Assembly (NCBI GenBank): GCA_024278175.1
Contig: JAJRTS010000058.1
Location: forward strand, 8,693 to 72,692
DNA: 64,000 nucleotides
Direction of reading: 5' to 3'
DNA from: Gemmatimonadales bacterium
GTDB lineage: Bacteria; Gemmatimonadota; Glassbacteria; GWA2-58-10
The position numbers and the translations under genes are program-made. Within the stretch, counting starts at the first letter, position 1. The number at the start of each line of letters is the position of its first letter. Below the pieces are notes generated by a model that worked only from the letters and a program-made list of their open reading frames with translations, had not been told where the DNA came from and made no database searches. Shown piece after piece: positions 49,493 through 59,332 of the stretch.

Positions 49493-51276
49493 GTACCGCC
49501 CGCAGGCCGCTGATTTACCTCGGTGTGTTCCTGGCCCTGGCCCTGTTCTACTATTTCTACGAGCACAAGGGTGGGATCGAGCGCGCCGAGCTTGAGCAGC
49601 AGGCGAAAAAAGCCCTGCTCTTCAGCCCGGACAGCGCCGCCGAGCTGAGCATCACCACGGCCAGAGGCACGCTCAGCCTGGAGCGCTCTGGCCAGGGCTG
49701 GGTGCTGCTCTCGCCGGTGCGAGCCGCCGCCGACAGCGAAGCGGTGGCGCGCCTACTGCGCAGCGCAGCGGACGCCGCCCACGACCGCGTGGTGGAAGAC
49801 TCCGCCGCCGATCTCTCCATTTACGGGCTGGACCGGCCGCAACTGACTTTCAGCGTCACTGCGCGCGGCGACAGCGCAGCTCAAATCCTGGAACTGGGTA
49901 ACAAGAACCCCGGCGAAACCTATATTTACGCCCGTAACCTGGAGCGGCCCTCGCGGGTGGTGCTGCTCAACGGCTGGCTGCTGGGCGATCTGGACAGAAC
50001 CGCGTTCCAGTTGCGCGACAAGCGTTTGCTCCGGTTCGATAAGGACGGGATCGAGCGTCTGACAGTAACCGACAAGAATGGGAAGGTGCTGGAGATTGCG
50101 CGCAGTGGTGATCGCTGGAATCTGCGAACACAGCAAAGAACACGGCAAAAATACCGGGCCGACCCGGACAGTGTGGATGCCATGCTGGACAAGCTGGCCG
50201 AAGCCGAGGCCGTGGGTTTTATCGACGAGCCTCCGCAGCAGTGGGAGGAGCTCTACCACCTCGATGAGCCGCTGCTGACAGTGTTGCTGGCCGAGGCCGA
50301 TGGCGGTGCGACACACGTCCTCTTTTTAGGCGCGCGCGATACCAGCGGTAATTATTACGCCGCGCGGCCGGGAGCGATGGATAACGTATTCCTGGCCGAC
50401 GGCGGGTTGTTCGACCTGTTCTCCGGCGACTTCTCACGCCTGCGCAGCATGGCGCTGGTTGGAGTGGAACGTGACAGTATTACGAGTGTCGGTTACAGCG
50501 GTGGCGATGGCAACTGGGCAGCGGTCCGAAGCAGTGCGGGGGAGTGGAGTTTTTCCGAGCCGGCCGGTGAGCGGCTGGACCAGGCCGGGCTGGATAATTT
50601 CCTCTACGACCTGCTGGACGCCCGGGCAGATTCTTTCGTCGGGGGGGAGCCGGGCGGTGAGCGCGGGTTGCCGCACAACCCGGATTTCACGGTCGGTTTT
50701 ACCGCGGGTGGCGCCCAGAGCCGGATCGCGTTCGCCTATGACGGGGGTACCGGAACCTACCGCGCGGCCGGAAATTCATTCGAGGGTATCGCTGTGGTCG
50801 ACAGTGCCGAGTCGGCCAAGCTGAATAAAAAACTCGAACAGATGAAGTATCGCAAGGTGGTGGAATTTGTTACCGGCGCAGTGGACAGGGTTGTTATCGA
50901 GCGGCCGGGCAGCCCCGCGTTGGAACTGGCGGGCGGCGAGGGCCAGTGGCGGGTAACCGCCCCGCGGGAGCTTGCGGCAGCGAGCTGGAAAGTGCAGAAC
51001 CTGCTCTGGAAGCTGATCGACGTCCAGTACGAGCGGGTGCTGAGCGGCAGCGCGGCGGACAACTCCGCCTTCGGGTTCGATTCCCCGTCCGTTGCTCTGA
51101 GCCTCTATCAGGGCGACAGCCTGACCGTGCGGGTGCTGCTGGGCGAACCCGTGGACGGTGGTGGGAATACCAAGCTGGTGGCCCTGCGCACCTCGGCCGA
51201 TACGCGCACTTTCGCTGTCGACGCCGCGATCCTGGCCGAGATTCCGGAGGAGCCCGAGGCTTTTACGGAAAACTGA
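49489..51276 (+). CDS. DUF4340 domain protein (GldG-associated)
   Basis: N-terminal TM anchor, repeated beta-rich modules; overlaps gldG stop (ATGA). Confidence 0.65.
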   Translation: MSTARRPLIYLGVFLALALFYYFYEHKGGIERAELEQQAKKALLFSPDSAAELSITTARGTLSLERSGQGWVLLSPVRAAADSEAVARLLRSAADAAHDRVVEDSAADLSIYGLDRPQLTFSVTARGDSAAQILELGNKNPGETYIYARNLERPSRVVLLNGWLLGDLDRTAFQLRDKRLLRFDKDGIERLTVTDKNGKVLEIARSGDRWNLRTQQRTRQKYRADPDSVDAMLDKLAEAEAVGFIDEPPQQWEELYHLDEPLLTVLLAEADGGATHVLFLGARDTSGNYYAARPGAMDNVFLADGGLFDLFSGDFSRLRSMALVGVERDSITSVGYSGGDGNWAAVRSSAGEWSFSEPAGERLDQAGLDNFLYDLLDARADSFVGGEPGGERGLPHNPDFTVGFTAGGAQSRIAFAYDGGTGTYRAAGNSFEGIAVVDSAESAKLNKKLEQMKYRKVVEFVTGAVDRVVIERPGSPALELAGGEGQWRVTAPRELAAASWKVQNLLWKLIDVQYERVLSGSAADNSAFGFDSPSVALSLYQGDSLTVRVLLGEPVDGGGNTKLVALRTSADTRTFAVDAAILAEIPEEPEAFTEN

Positions 51277-51306
51277 CAGGCGCGGTTACAACAGGCAAGG
51301 TATTAC

Positions 51307-51335
51307 AGGGACACGGCATACCGTGTCCTTTTTTT
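51307..51335 (+). terminator. terminator after the gld cluster
   Basis: AGGGACACGG-cata-CCGTGTCCT plus T7. Confidence 0.5.
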
Positions 51336-51526
51336 CAGAGGATTCAATCCCACTTGTCGGTCCCGGCCACCGGGCCGAAATATTTACCGCTTTTATCAGC
51401 GATCAAGCTCGTCACCGGTCAACCCGGTCAGCGGTCGGCGAGAGAGGATTGTCTTGATCGCGGCCCGGCGGCGGTCTATATTTAGCGCACATCCATCCCC
51501 GCCCTTTTCCGCAAGGAGGCGGCGTC

Positions 51527-51805
51527 ATGTTCGATAACTTTTTGGGGTTGGTCCGCCAGATCGACTGGACGGGTTATCAGGTTTCGGTTTTCGAGATACT
51601 GCTGGTTGTATTCGCCCTGCTGCGGAAGTTCAACGTCCTCTCGCTGCTCATTCTGGGCATCGTGCTGGGCAAGGGTTTTTACGTGGTCCAGCAGAACACC
51701 GATTTCAGCGGCGCACTGATCGATACGACCCCGTTTATCGTCTATTCGGTCTGCTCGCTGATCTTTTTTATTTACGCCGTGGTCAAACTGTTCACGATGG
51801 ATTAA
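51527..51805 (+). CDS. small hypothetical membrane protein (92 aa)
   Basis: AAGGAGG RBS; three hydrophobic segments. Confidence 0.45.
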   Translation: MFDNFLGLVRQIDWTGYQVSVFEILLVVFALLRKFNVLSLLILGIVLGKGFYVVQQNTDFSGALIDTTPFIVYSVCSLIFFIYAVVKLFTMD

Positions 51806-51823
51806 CCGCCGGATGGGCCGGCT

Positions 51824-52312
51824 TTGCCTGGGTGGGTTAATCATCAGTTGCACGAGGGAAGATTGCAGATTAAAAAAATCCTGTTTTTCAGCAATTCGCC
51901 GGATACGGCAGGATTCTGCCGCAGGATACTGGGCGCGGGCTACGAACTGGTCAGTGTGACGATGGAGCAGGATGCTGCTGAAAGCGCCGGAGAACATCAA
52001 CCGAATCTTGTGATTATCGATCTTGAAGCAAGGCGCGAACGGGGATTCGAGCTATGCAGTGAGCTTACCGGCGATGCGCCGGTGATGGTGCTGTTTGACC
52101 GGGACGACCACGACACGGCCGAGAGGGCGCTGGCCCTGGGCGCGGCGGCTTTTTCCTTCAAGCCGGTCATTCCCGCCCTGTTCGCCAAGCGCGTGCAGAC
52201 CGCGATCGAGCGTTTTTCCGCCAGGCAGCCCCGCTGTCCTCGCTGCCGCCGGCCGATGAGGCCGGAGTGGTCGTTCTGCCCGTTCGACGGCAGCGGGCTC
52301 CCGCAAGGGTAA
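51824..52312 (+). CDS. receiver (CheY-like) domain protein with C-terminal C4 zinc ribbon
   Basis: KILFFSNSPD...VIIDLE...KP receiver-like layout; CPRCRRPMRPEWSFCPFDG ribbon; start uncertain. Confidence 0.5.
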   Translation: MPGWVNHQLHEGRLQIKKILFFSNSPDTAGFCRRILGAGYELVSVTMEQDAAESAGEHQPNLVIIDLEARRERGFELCSELTGDAPVMVLFDRDDHDTAERALALGAAAFSFKPVIPALFAKRVQTAIERFSARQPRCPRCRRPMRPEWSFCPFDGSGLPQG

Positions 52313-52337
52313 TTCAGCGTAGAGAATAGCGATTCCC

Positions 52338-52889
52338 GTGATCAAAGAGTTCAGCTTTATCGCTACCTGCCCGGCCTGTGAGGCCAGAAACAGGGTGCGG
52401 CTGAAAACCGGCGGCAGGATTAGAATCCGTTGCGGACGCTGCGGCGAGCCGATCGCCGTGGACCGCCGCCGGATGGTCCTGGCCACGCTCTGGCAGAGTT
52501 GCCGCAAGTTTTTGGGCTACACTCTGCCCGGCTACCTGCTGTGGGTTGTAAACACACTGGTGCGCCTGGCCGGGACGCTGTTGCGTCCGCTGGAGCGGCT
52601 CTGGGGCGCAGTGCTGCCGTGGAAAATACGCAAGAGGCTGGCGTGGGCGGCGCTGGCGGGACTGGTGATGTTCTACTTTTTTACCGAGGGGACTATCCAG
52701 CTCTCCTCGCTGCTGCTGCTGGCCCTGCTGCTTGTGCTGGCCACACTGGCGGTGGTTGCCGCCGCCGGCGGGCCAGCGGCCCTGCGTGAGCTGCGCCGGA
52801 AACTGGGTGGCGTCTTTCTGCGCCGTTGCCCTGGTTGCGGTCATCGTTACTTTGGATGGGTCAAGAACTGTCCCAACTGCGGCCGCTGA
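52338..52889 (+). CDS. membrane protein with N- and C-terminal zinc ribbons
   Basis: CPACEARNRV...CGRCGEP and CPGCGHRYFGWVKNCPNCG flanking hydrophobic segments; GTG start. Confidence 0.5.
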   Translation: MIKEFSFIATCPACEARNRVRLKTGGRIRIRCGRCGEPIAVDRRRMVLATLWQSCRKFLGYTLPGYLLWVVNTLVRLAGTLLRPLERLWGAVLPWKIRKRLAWAALAGLVMFYFFTEGTIQLSSLLLLALLLVLATLAVVAAAGGPAALRELRRKLGGVFLRRCPGCGHRYFGWVKNCPNCGR

Positions 52890-52908
52890 GATACACCTGA
52901 ACGGACAT

Positions 52909-52948
52909 CAAAAAAGCGCCGCCGGATAAAGCCGGCGGCGCTTTTTTT
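52909..52948. terminator. bidirectional terminator
   Basis: AAAAAAGCGCCGCCGG-ataaa-GCCGGCGGCGCTTTTTTT. Confidence 0.55.
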
Positions 52949-53021
52949 ACGACCTGAAACATGGCCGCTCAAAGAAACATCCAACGGCCGGTGAAATCTA
53001 ATTTATTTTTCAACGCCCCTG

Positions 53022-54953
53022 TTAAAAATAAGACCAGATCGTGTTGTAGTCGTTCGTGTCTTCGCCGTCGGCCTGCAGGCGGTGAAGGTAGTCAAAAATC
53101 GGCGAGTCGGTAAACAGGTAAGGCGAGGCCAGCACCAGCATCGACTCCCACGGGTAGAACCTGTAGACCCGGCTGCCATCGGGCAGAATCTGTACGATCT
53201 CGTGGTCCTGCCAGCTCTGCAGGTAGCTTTTGCCCAGGGTCGGCACGTTGAACACCGGCGAATCGGTACGGACCAGGCCCGGAGCCAGGCGGGCTTCCTC
53301 GGTCCATTCCTGCAGCAGCCGGGCAATCGGTACCCGGTAGTCGCTGGTTTCTTCCTTGCCCTTGGTGTTGAAAGTGTAATATGGGTCCACGCCGCAGCGT
53401 TTGAGCAGCTTGCGCAGATAGAATGTCTCGAACTTGCGGCTGTTATAGTAGGTGAACACCTGCTGGTTATAGATGCTGATACCGGCGTTGCGCACCTTGC
53501 GCAGGGCTTCCAGCGCTTCCGGCGTCATTTCCAGCCCCGTCTCGAAATGCGTAACGATGCAGATTTCCCTGCGGCCCCACTGCTGGTAACCCTTCAGCAT
53601 CTCAACCAGCTTGTCGGTGATCCGGCTGGGCATGGCGACCAGCGTGCGCGTGCCGATCCTGATTCTTTGTACGTGGGGTATCGCGGCCACCCGGTCCAGC
53701 ACCAGGCGCAGGGTCTCATCGGGCAGGGTAAGCGGATCGCCGCCGGTGACCAGCACTTCCTCGATATTCTCGTTGTGTTCTATCCATTGCAGGGCGTTTT
53801 CAAGATCGGCGCGGTTGACCCGGCAATCGTCGAGTTCCTTGATCTCCCAGTTGCGCTGGCAGTAGACGCAAATCTGCGGGCAACTGTCGAACGGCTTGAG
53901 GATCAGGATCTGTGCGTAGCGGCGGGTGACTCCCTGGATCGGGCTGGTGGAGGCCTCACCCATGAAATCCATTGTTTTCCCGCTGGCCTGGGCTTCCACC
54001 ACGCTCATCACGTAGCGCGGGCTGGGCAGTACCTGTGCCCGCACGGCCCGGTCCAGGGTGGTGTTGGCCTCGGGATGGAACAGGCTCAGATAGTAGGGGG
54101 TGATCTGCATGGGGATGTTGTGCCTGTGGGCCAGGTCCAGCCCCTCGCGCTCAAGGTCGGTCAACTCCACCAGTTGCTCGATCTGGTCTTTGCGGGTGAT
54201 GATATGGTCGAGCTGCCAGCGGTAATCGTTCCATTGGGTTTCGCCCGCGCCGAAATGCCGCATGATCCTGCGCCGCTGCTTGCGGTGGATGCGCACCACG
54301 TCCTCGTCCAGTCCGCAGTGGTAGCGGCTGACGAAGTTCTTGATCTGCGCCGCGTAGCGATCCAGGAGCATCGAGCGGCGCACTCCGGCATCCTGCTCGG
54401 AAGTGGCCGCTGGTTCCGGTGCGGTTTTGTGGCGGTTGCAGGCGAACTTGCCGTTAATCCCCAACGAAAGGAAAATCATCTCGCACAGAAAGCCCTCGCC
54501 GACCTCGGAGAGCGCCCTGGGCTGGCGGCGGGCTATTTTCCACAGCAGAGTCAGTGAGCTGGCATGGGCCAGTTTTTCGTTTTCGCTGCGGATGATATTC
54601 TTAAATACGCGCACGCACCATTTGGCCTGTTTTTTTTCGAGGTCGTGAAGCTCGCTGAGCCGGTGGTCCACATAAATGTTGAAATAGATGCGTTCAAGTT
54701 CGTTCAGGTAATTGAACATATTGTTGCGCGCCTGCTGGACATTTTCGCTTTCGGTCAGCAGGCGGTGCATCCTGGGCTCTGTTTCCCACAGCAACTCGAT
54801 CATTTCGAGCTTGCTCATCCTCAACAGGTCGTCCAACAACAGGTTGGCCGGATTGTGGTGGGCGCTCTGACGTGATTTGCCCGGTGGAAACACCACCGGC
54901 GACAGGCCGTCCTCGGCCGGTCCGAATCCCGGTGCCTGGAAATGAAGGTTCAT
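53022..54953 (-). CDS. KamA-family radical SAM aminomutase-like protein with ~290-aa N-terminal extension
   Basis: CPQICVYCQRN (CxxxCxxC), ITPYYLSL, KamA-like PLP region; N-terminal extension has no recognised domain; ATG 54953 with GGGGG RBS (TTG at 54971 possible). Confidence 0.75.
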   Translation of the reverse strand: MNLHFQAPGFGPAEDGLSPVVFPPGKSRQSAHHNPANLLLDDLLRMSKLEMIELLWETEPRMHRLLTESENVQQARNNMFNYLNELERIYFNIYVDHRLSELHDLEKKQAKWCVRVFKNIIRSENEKLAHASSLTLLWKIARRQPRALSEVGEGFLCEMIFLSLGINGKFACNRHKTAPEPAATSEQDAGVRRSMLLDRYAAQIKNFVSRYHCGLDEDVVRIHRKQRRRIMRHFGAGETQWNDYRWQLDHIITRKDQIEQLVELTDLEREGLDLAHRHNIPMQITPYYLSLFHPEANTTLDRAVRAQVLPSPRYVMSVVEAQASGKTMDFMGEASTSPIQGVTRRYAQILILKPFDSCPQICVYCQRNWEIKELDDCRVNRADLENALQWIEHNENIEEVLVTGGDPLTLPDETLRLVLDRVAAIPHVQRIRIGTRTLVAMPSRITDKLVEMLKGYQQWGRREICIVTHFETGLEMTPEALEALRKVRNAGISIYNQQVFTYYNSRKFETFYLRKLLKRCGVDPYYTFNTKGKEETSDYRVPIARLLQEWTEEARLAPGLVRTDSPVFNVPTLGKSYLQSWQDHEIVQILPDGSRVYRFYPWESMLVLASPYLFTDSPIFDYLHRLQADGEDTNDYNTIWSYF

Positions 54954-55491
54954 TTGTTGCCCCCGATACAATTTTCATCCGCGAATTTTTTTTGTGCCAG
55001 AGGTAGAATGTAGAGACAGTACGGCCCTGGCCCAGATCATGAAGATTTTTACTGGTTGTAGCGGGCGCCGCGCCCGCGTTCTTTCCGGCAGCTTTCAAAC
55101 TGTAAAGTTCTGAAACCTCGCGCTGCATCAAATAGGAGGGAATAGCCCAGGCGCAAAACTGAAATGAAAGCTGTACTTAAAGATAGCAATCCTGCGACCC
55201 ATGTCAAGAAAAACCGGATGAGATAAAATGGGGATAGCCCGCAAAGACATACCATCCTTTGTTTTAAGCCAGGTTGGCGGAAATTGTTTGCCAGGGAGCC
55301 CGGGCTGCCGACTTGACATTTTTCGCCGCGATGAATAACATTCGACCACCTTTTAAGTTAATCGAAAAGAACTCCTCGCGGCTTGCCGCAGGGCAAGCTG
55401 TTGCATTTACAAGACGAGAAGCTGAAATCCCCCTTTTAAAAAGGGGGGATTGAGGGGGATTTTTTCAATTGCAACCGGCTATGACTGGAAG

Positions 55492-57030
55492 ATGAGATTA
55501 AAAGTGAGCAACAGGCTTTGCAGATATCTGACCGCGCTGGCGGCGGGGTTGCTGCTGGCGGCCCCGGCCGGGCGCTGCAGCGACAACGCTCCGGCCAATC
55601 CCCGTCTGGAGAAGAGGGTGCTGGCTGTTCTGGAGCGCTATGGCGAGGACCCGGCCGGTTGGGGGGTGCAGGTCAGGTCACTGGAGCGGGGCGACGACCT
55701 GGTGCATCTGAACAGGGGACGGCGCTACATGCCGGCCAGCAACCTCAAGCTGTTGGTCACGGCCGTGGCGCTCGACCGTCTGGGCGCCGATTACCGCTGG
55801 CGGACCACGGTGATGGCCGACGGAGCGGTGGACACCGCCGGTGTGCTCGACGGAGACCTGGTGCTGCGCGGCAGCGGCGACCCGTCAATCTCCAACCGTT
55901 TCTGGCCCGAGGTCCAGTCCGCCTGGGACAGCCTGGCCGCCCAGGTGGCCGCCGCCGGGATCAGCCGGGTGAGCGGCTCTCTGCTGGCGGACAACTCGTT
56001 GTTCAAGCCCCCCTTTCTGGCCAAAGGCTGGGGCTGGGAGGACCTGGCCTGGTGGTACGCCGCCCCGGCCAGCGCCCTGAGCTACAACGACAACACGATC
56101 GACGTACAGGTGTGGCCCGCCCGTGGCGTGGGTAAAAAACCGCGGGTGGAGATCAAACCCGCTAACTCGCTGTTCACGATCGCCAACAGGGCTGTCACCG
56201 TGGCCCGCAGAATCGACAGCCGTCTGGAGATCAGCCGCGAGACCCCCGGCGGATAAATCTCGCTGGGCGGAGGCATTTACCGCGGTAGCCTGGGTTATCT
56301 GGAACACGTGGCGGTCGATGACCCCGGCAGGTTCGCCGCTGATGCGCTGGCCGATGCGCTGGCCCGGCGCGGGATCAGGATCGACGGGTCGGTGCGGGTG
56401 CTGGGTTATGAGGATGGCGCTCCGGCCTATCTCGACCGCTCGCCATCGCTGGTCGGGCAGATCTCAAGCCCGCCGCTGACCGAGATCGTGAAGGTGATCA
56501 ACAAACGCAGCCACAATTTTTACGCGGAGCAACTGCTGTTTACCTTGGGAGCGGTGGCGGGGAGCGAGGGCAGTTTCGCGGGCGGGATCGACGTGGAGCG
56601 GCGGGTGCTCACACGCCTGGGCGTGGATACGCGCCAGATTCGCCTGGAGGACGGCTCGGGCCTCTCGCGGCTCAACCTGGTGACAACCGAGATGTTCGTG
56701 CGGTTGCTGGCCTGGATGGACACTCACCAGTTGCGCGAGCAGTTTGTCGCCAGTCTGCCGGTGGCGGGCCGCGACAACGGGGTGCGCCGCTTGCGCGACA
56801 CGCGGGCCGCCGGGCGGCTGTTCGCCAAGACCGGCTATATTACATCCGTAATGGCGCTCTCGGGATATACCTGGACCGGCGACGGTGATAAAGTGGCGTT
56901 CTCGCTGCTGGGGAACAACTGGTTGATGCCCAAAGCCAGGGCGAGGCGGATTATCAGGGACCTTTGTCTGGAAATAGTGCGGTCACGGCGACCGGTGGGG
57001 ATTTCGGACGAGCTGGAACTCAGGCCATGA
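55492..57030 (+). pseudogene. dacB: D-alanyl-D-alanine carboxypeptidase/endopeptidase DacB (peptidase S13, PBP4), interrupted by a single in-frame TAA at 56254-56256
   Basis: N-part PASNLKL (SxN-K-like) and C-part KTGYITSVMALSGY (KTG) in the same frame; ...ETPGG*ISLGGGIYRGSLGYLEHVAVDDPGRF... Confidence 0.6.
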
Positions 57031-57349
57031 GGTCGATGTTCCCGCCGCGGCCCTGGCGGAAGAGATTGTAATTTTCCCCGTACAGCCTGACGGACGTCCG
57101 GCGCGGCGCCGCGGTGGGGTTCGGCCGCTGACTGGCCTCGGCCCTGGCCTGCCCGTGAGCCGCCCGGGCCTTGACCATTGTCGAGTCGGGGTGCATTTGC
57201 AGGTCCTGGTGCGCCCGCTCGGCGAAATATACCTGCTGGATGACAGTTACGTGGCTCAGTGGCATGGGCATGGTCAGCTACCGCCTGGTCGTGTTACCGG
57301 TTATCCTGCCGCTGTCTTATTATCTTTTCTTTCAGCCCGCCAGTCAAGT

Positions 57350-57865
57350 TTATTTGCACAGCTTGCCGAAGCGCACCAGTTGCTCGTCCGGCGCATCGGC
57401 GTCCCACTGCGCCGCTACCTCGTCGATAATCATCCCGCACTTCACCAGGATGGCCTGCTGAGCCTTGTCCAGTTCGGGGAGCTCCGCGTCCCATACCGGC
57501 TCCAGGTAGTTGTCCACCATCCTGAGCTGGCCCTCGCCCAGCATCCTGCGCAGGATAAACGTCAGCCGGCCGCTGGCCAGAGACCCCTTGCGCGCGTTGA
57601 ACTTGAACCCGGGCATCTCCACCGCGTGCCTGGCGGCCACCCGCCCGGCCACAAAAATAAAGTAGTAGGTCTCCGAGGCGCTGACCCTGCCGCCGCCTCT
57701 GCCCTCCGAGAGCGTACGCAGCGCCAGACTGACCACATGCACCATCAGGCTGCGGACCCTGCGCGCCTTGGCCAGACGCGTTTTTCTGGCCTTGATCACC
57801 AACTGGCCGCTCACTGCCAGTGAGCCGCCGGCCAGCAGGGAAAGTAACAATTTGCCGAATCTCAT
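57350..57865 (-). CDS. hypothetical secreted protein
   Basis: Signal peptide MRFGKLLLSLLAGGSLAVSG; no recognised domain. Confidence 0.35.
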   Translation of the reverse strand: MRFGKLLLSLLAGGSLAVSGQLVIKARKTRLAKARRVRSLMVHVVSLALRTLSEGRGGGRVSASETYYFIFVAGRVAARHAVEMPGFKFNARKGSLASGRLTFILRRMLGEGQLRMVDNYLEPVWDAELPELDKAQQAILVKCGMIIDEVAAQWDADAPDEQLVRFGKLCK

Positions 57866-58174
57866 CCCGTACCTCAATTGAATGACAGCTATTGAGTTTC
57901 ACAGCGCACCACATCCGCCTTAAAATACTAATAAGCTGCTTTCCTGTAAATATATCTATCGTTTCATTAATGCTGGACACAACCGGGGAAATAAGTGTAG
58001 AATAATGTTGGCAGGCGAGATACAGGATGCGTCGCGGTTGGTTATCTCCCCATGAAACAGAAAAATTTCTGAGAATAGACTGCCCCCGCGGCAAGCTGCG
58101 GGAAGTTTTTTTAATTAAATCAGAAGGTCTCTTTTTTAGTGGTTGCACGGATCATTAATATTCGACGGAGTTCG

Positions 58175-58816
58175 ATGAAAATGGAAAACATTCTGGTCCA
58201 CGCGGTAACCGTATTTACGGGGTTCTTCGCCATCATGAACCCTATCGCCAACGTTCCGATATTCCTTAGCCTTACAGCGTCCGATGACAAACAGACGAAG
58301 AAAGCCGTGGCTTTACGATCATTGCTGCTGGCGTTATTGATCATTACTTTATTTTCCGTTGCAGGAAAGGTGGTTTTCGAGCTATTTGGAATTACGTTGC
58401 CCTCTTTTCGGATTACCGGTGGGCTGCTCGTCTTTCTTATCGGCTTTCATATGCTGCAGGGCAATCAATCAAGCGTTCATCAGCTTAACGAAAAAGATAA
58501 CCAGCAGTGTCGTGAAGCCGCACTCAGTGTCGCCACCTTCCCCTTCGCGATGCCGATCCTTGCCGGTCCGGGTACAATCGCGACGGCAATGATTTTCGCA
58601 GCGAAGGGCGGTCTTTGGGGGATGGTGGTGACCATTGCTGCATTCGCCGTACTCTGTGCAATCACCTATTTGTTTTTTATTTTCGGTGATAAGTTTGTGG
58701 CCTTCATCGGAGTGGGCGCCCTGGGAGTAATCACGCGTATTATGGGATTAGTCCTCGCTGTGGTTGGGACACAAATGGTGATCGAAGGAGTGCGGGGCGT
58801 GCTGAAGCTTGCCTAG
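58175..58816 (+). CDS. marC: MarC-family (UPF0056) membrane protein
   Basis: MarC-like 6-TM layout; stop TAG whose G is the first base of the repeat. Confidence 0.75.
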   Translation: MKMENILVHAVTVFTGFFAIMNPIANVPIFLSLTASDDKQTKKAVALRSLLLALLIITLFSVAGKVVFELFGITLPSFRITGGLLVFLIGFHMLQGNQSSVHQLNEKDNQQCREAALSVATFPFAMPILAGPGTIATAMIFAAKGGLWGMVVTIAAFAVLCAITYLFFIFGDKFVAFIGVGALGVITRIMGLVLAVVGTQMVIEGVRGVLKLA

Positions 58817-59036
58817 CAGCGTGTTGAAGTATTCGAAAGTATGGGAGTAAAGGTTGTCAAGGGCCGTTTCCAGCCAGGCCGGTCCAAAACAGCTTGAGCG
58901 ACGCAACGGCTTGATATAACACAAGTAACAGGATCAGCAAAAGAAACGGCTTGTCTTGCCCTTGACAACCGAACAAACGAAATTTTTCACCATAGGGCGT
59001 TGAATGTCTTTATTTCAACGCCCCTCTAGTGCGAAA
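58816..59036. repeat. MITE-like repeat, copy B (flanked by TA)
   Basis: Same family as 18773-18980; TA/TA flanks; internal 13-bp inverted repeat; terminal hairpin GGGCGTTGAA...TTCAACGCCC. Confidence 0.55.
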
Positions 59037-59332
59037 AGATGAGTCCCCTGTCAGGGTTTTGCAGTGCTTATATTTCAAGGAAGCAGCAACGCCGCCGGCG
59101 ATTACCACGGATGCTCCATCTAAGGACTTGAAATCAGGCATACGACTGGACCTCCATGGGCAGGGGTATGAGTTGACCCAAAACACAGACCCGTGTAAGT
59201 TGACCCAATAATGACGGACGGCAAAAATTCGCGTTAACTTAAGCGTTGTCCCGGGGGCACGAACAGTTTACTTTAGAGCCTGTCAGGCCTGCCAATAAAT
59301 GCTTATTATCCTGCGACCGGAATTCTGAAAAG

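Noticed and set aside
57020-58148. ORFs 57020..57271(-), 57155..57823(+), 57294..58148(-)
   Set aside because: They mutually overlap the better-supported secreted-protein ORF 57350..57865. Compositionally junk, no RBS.
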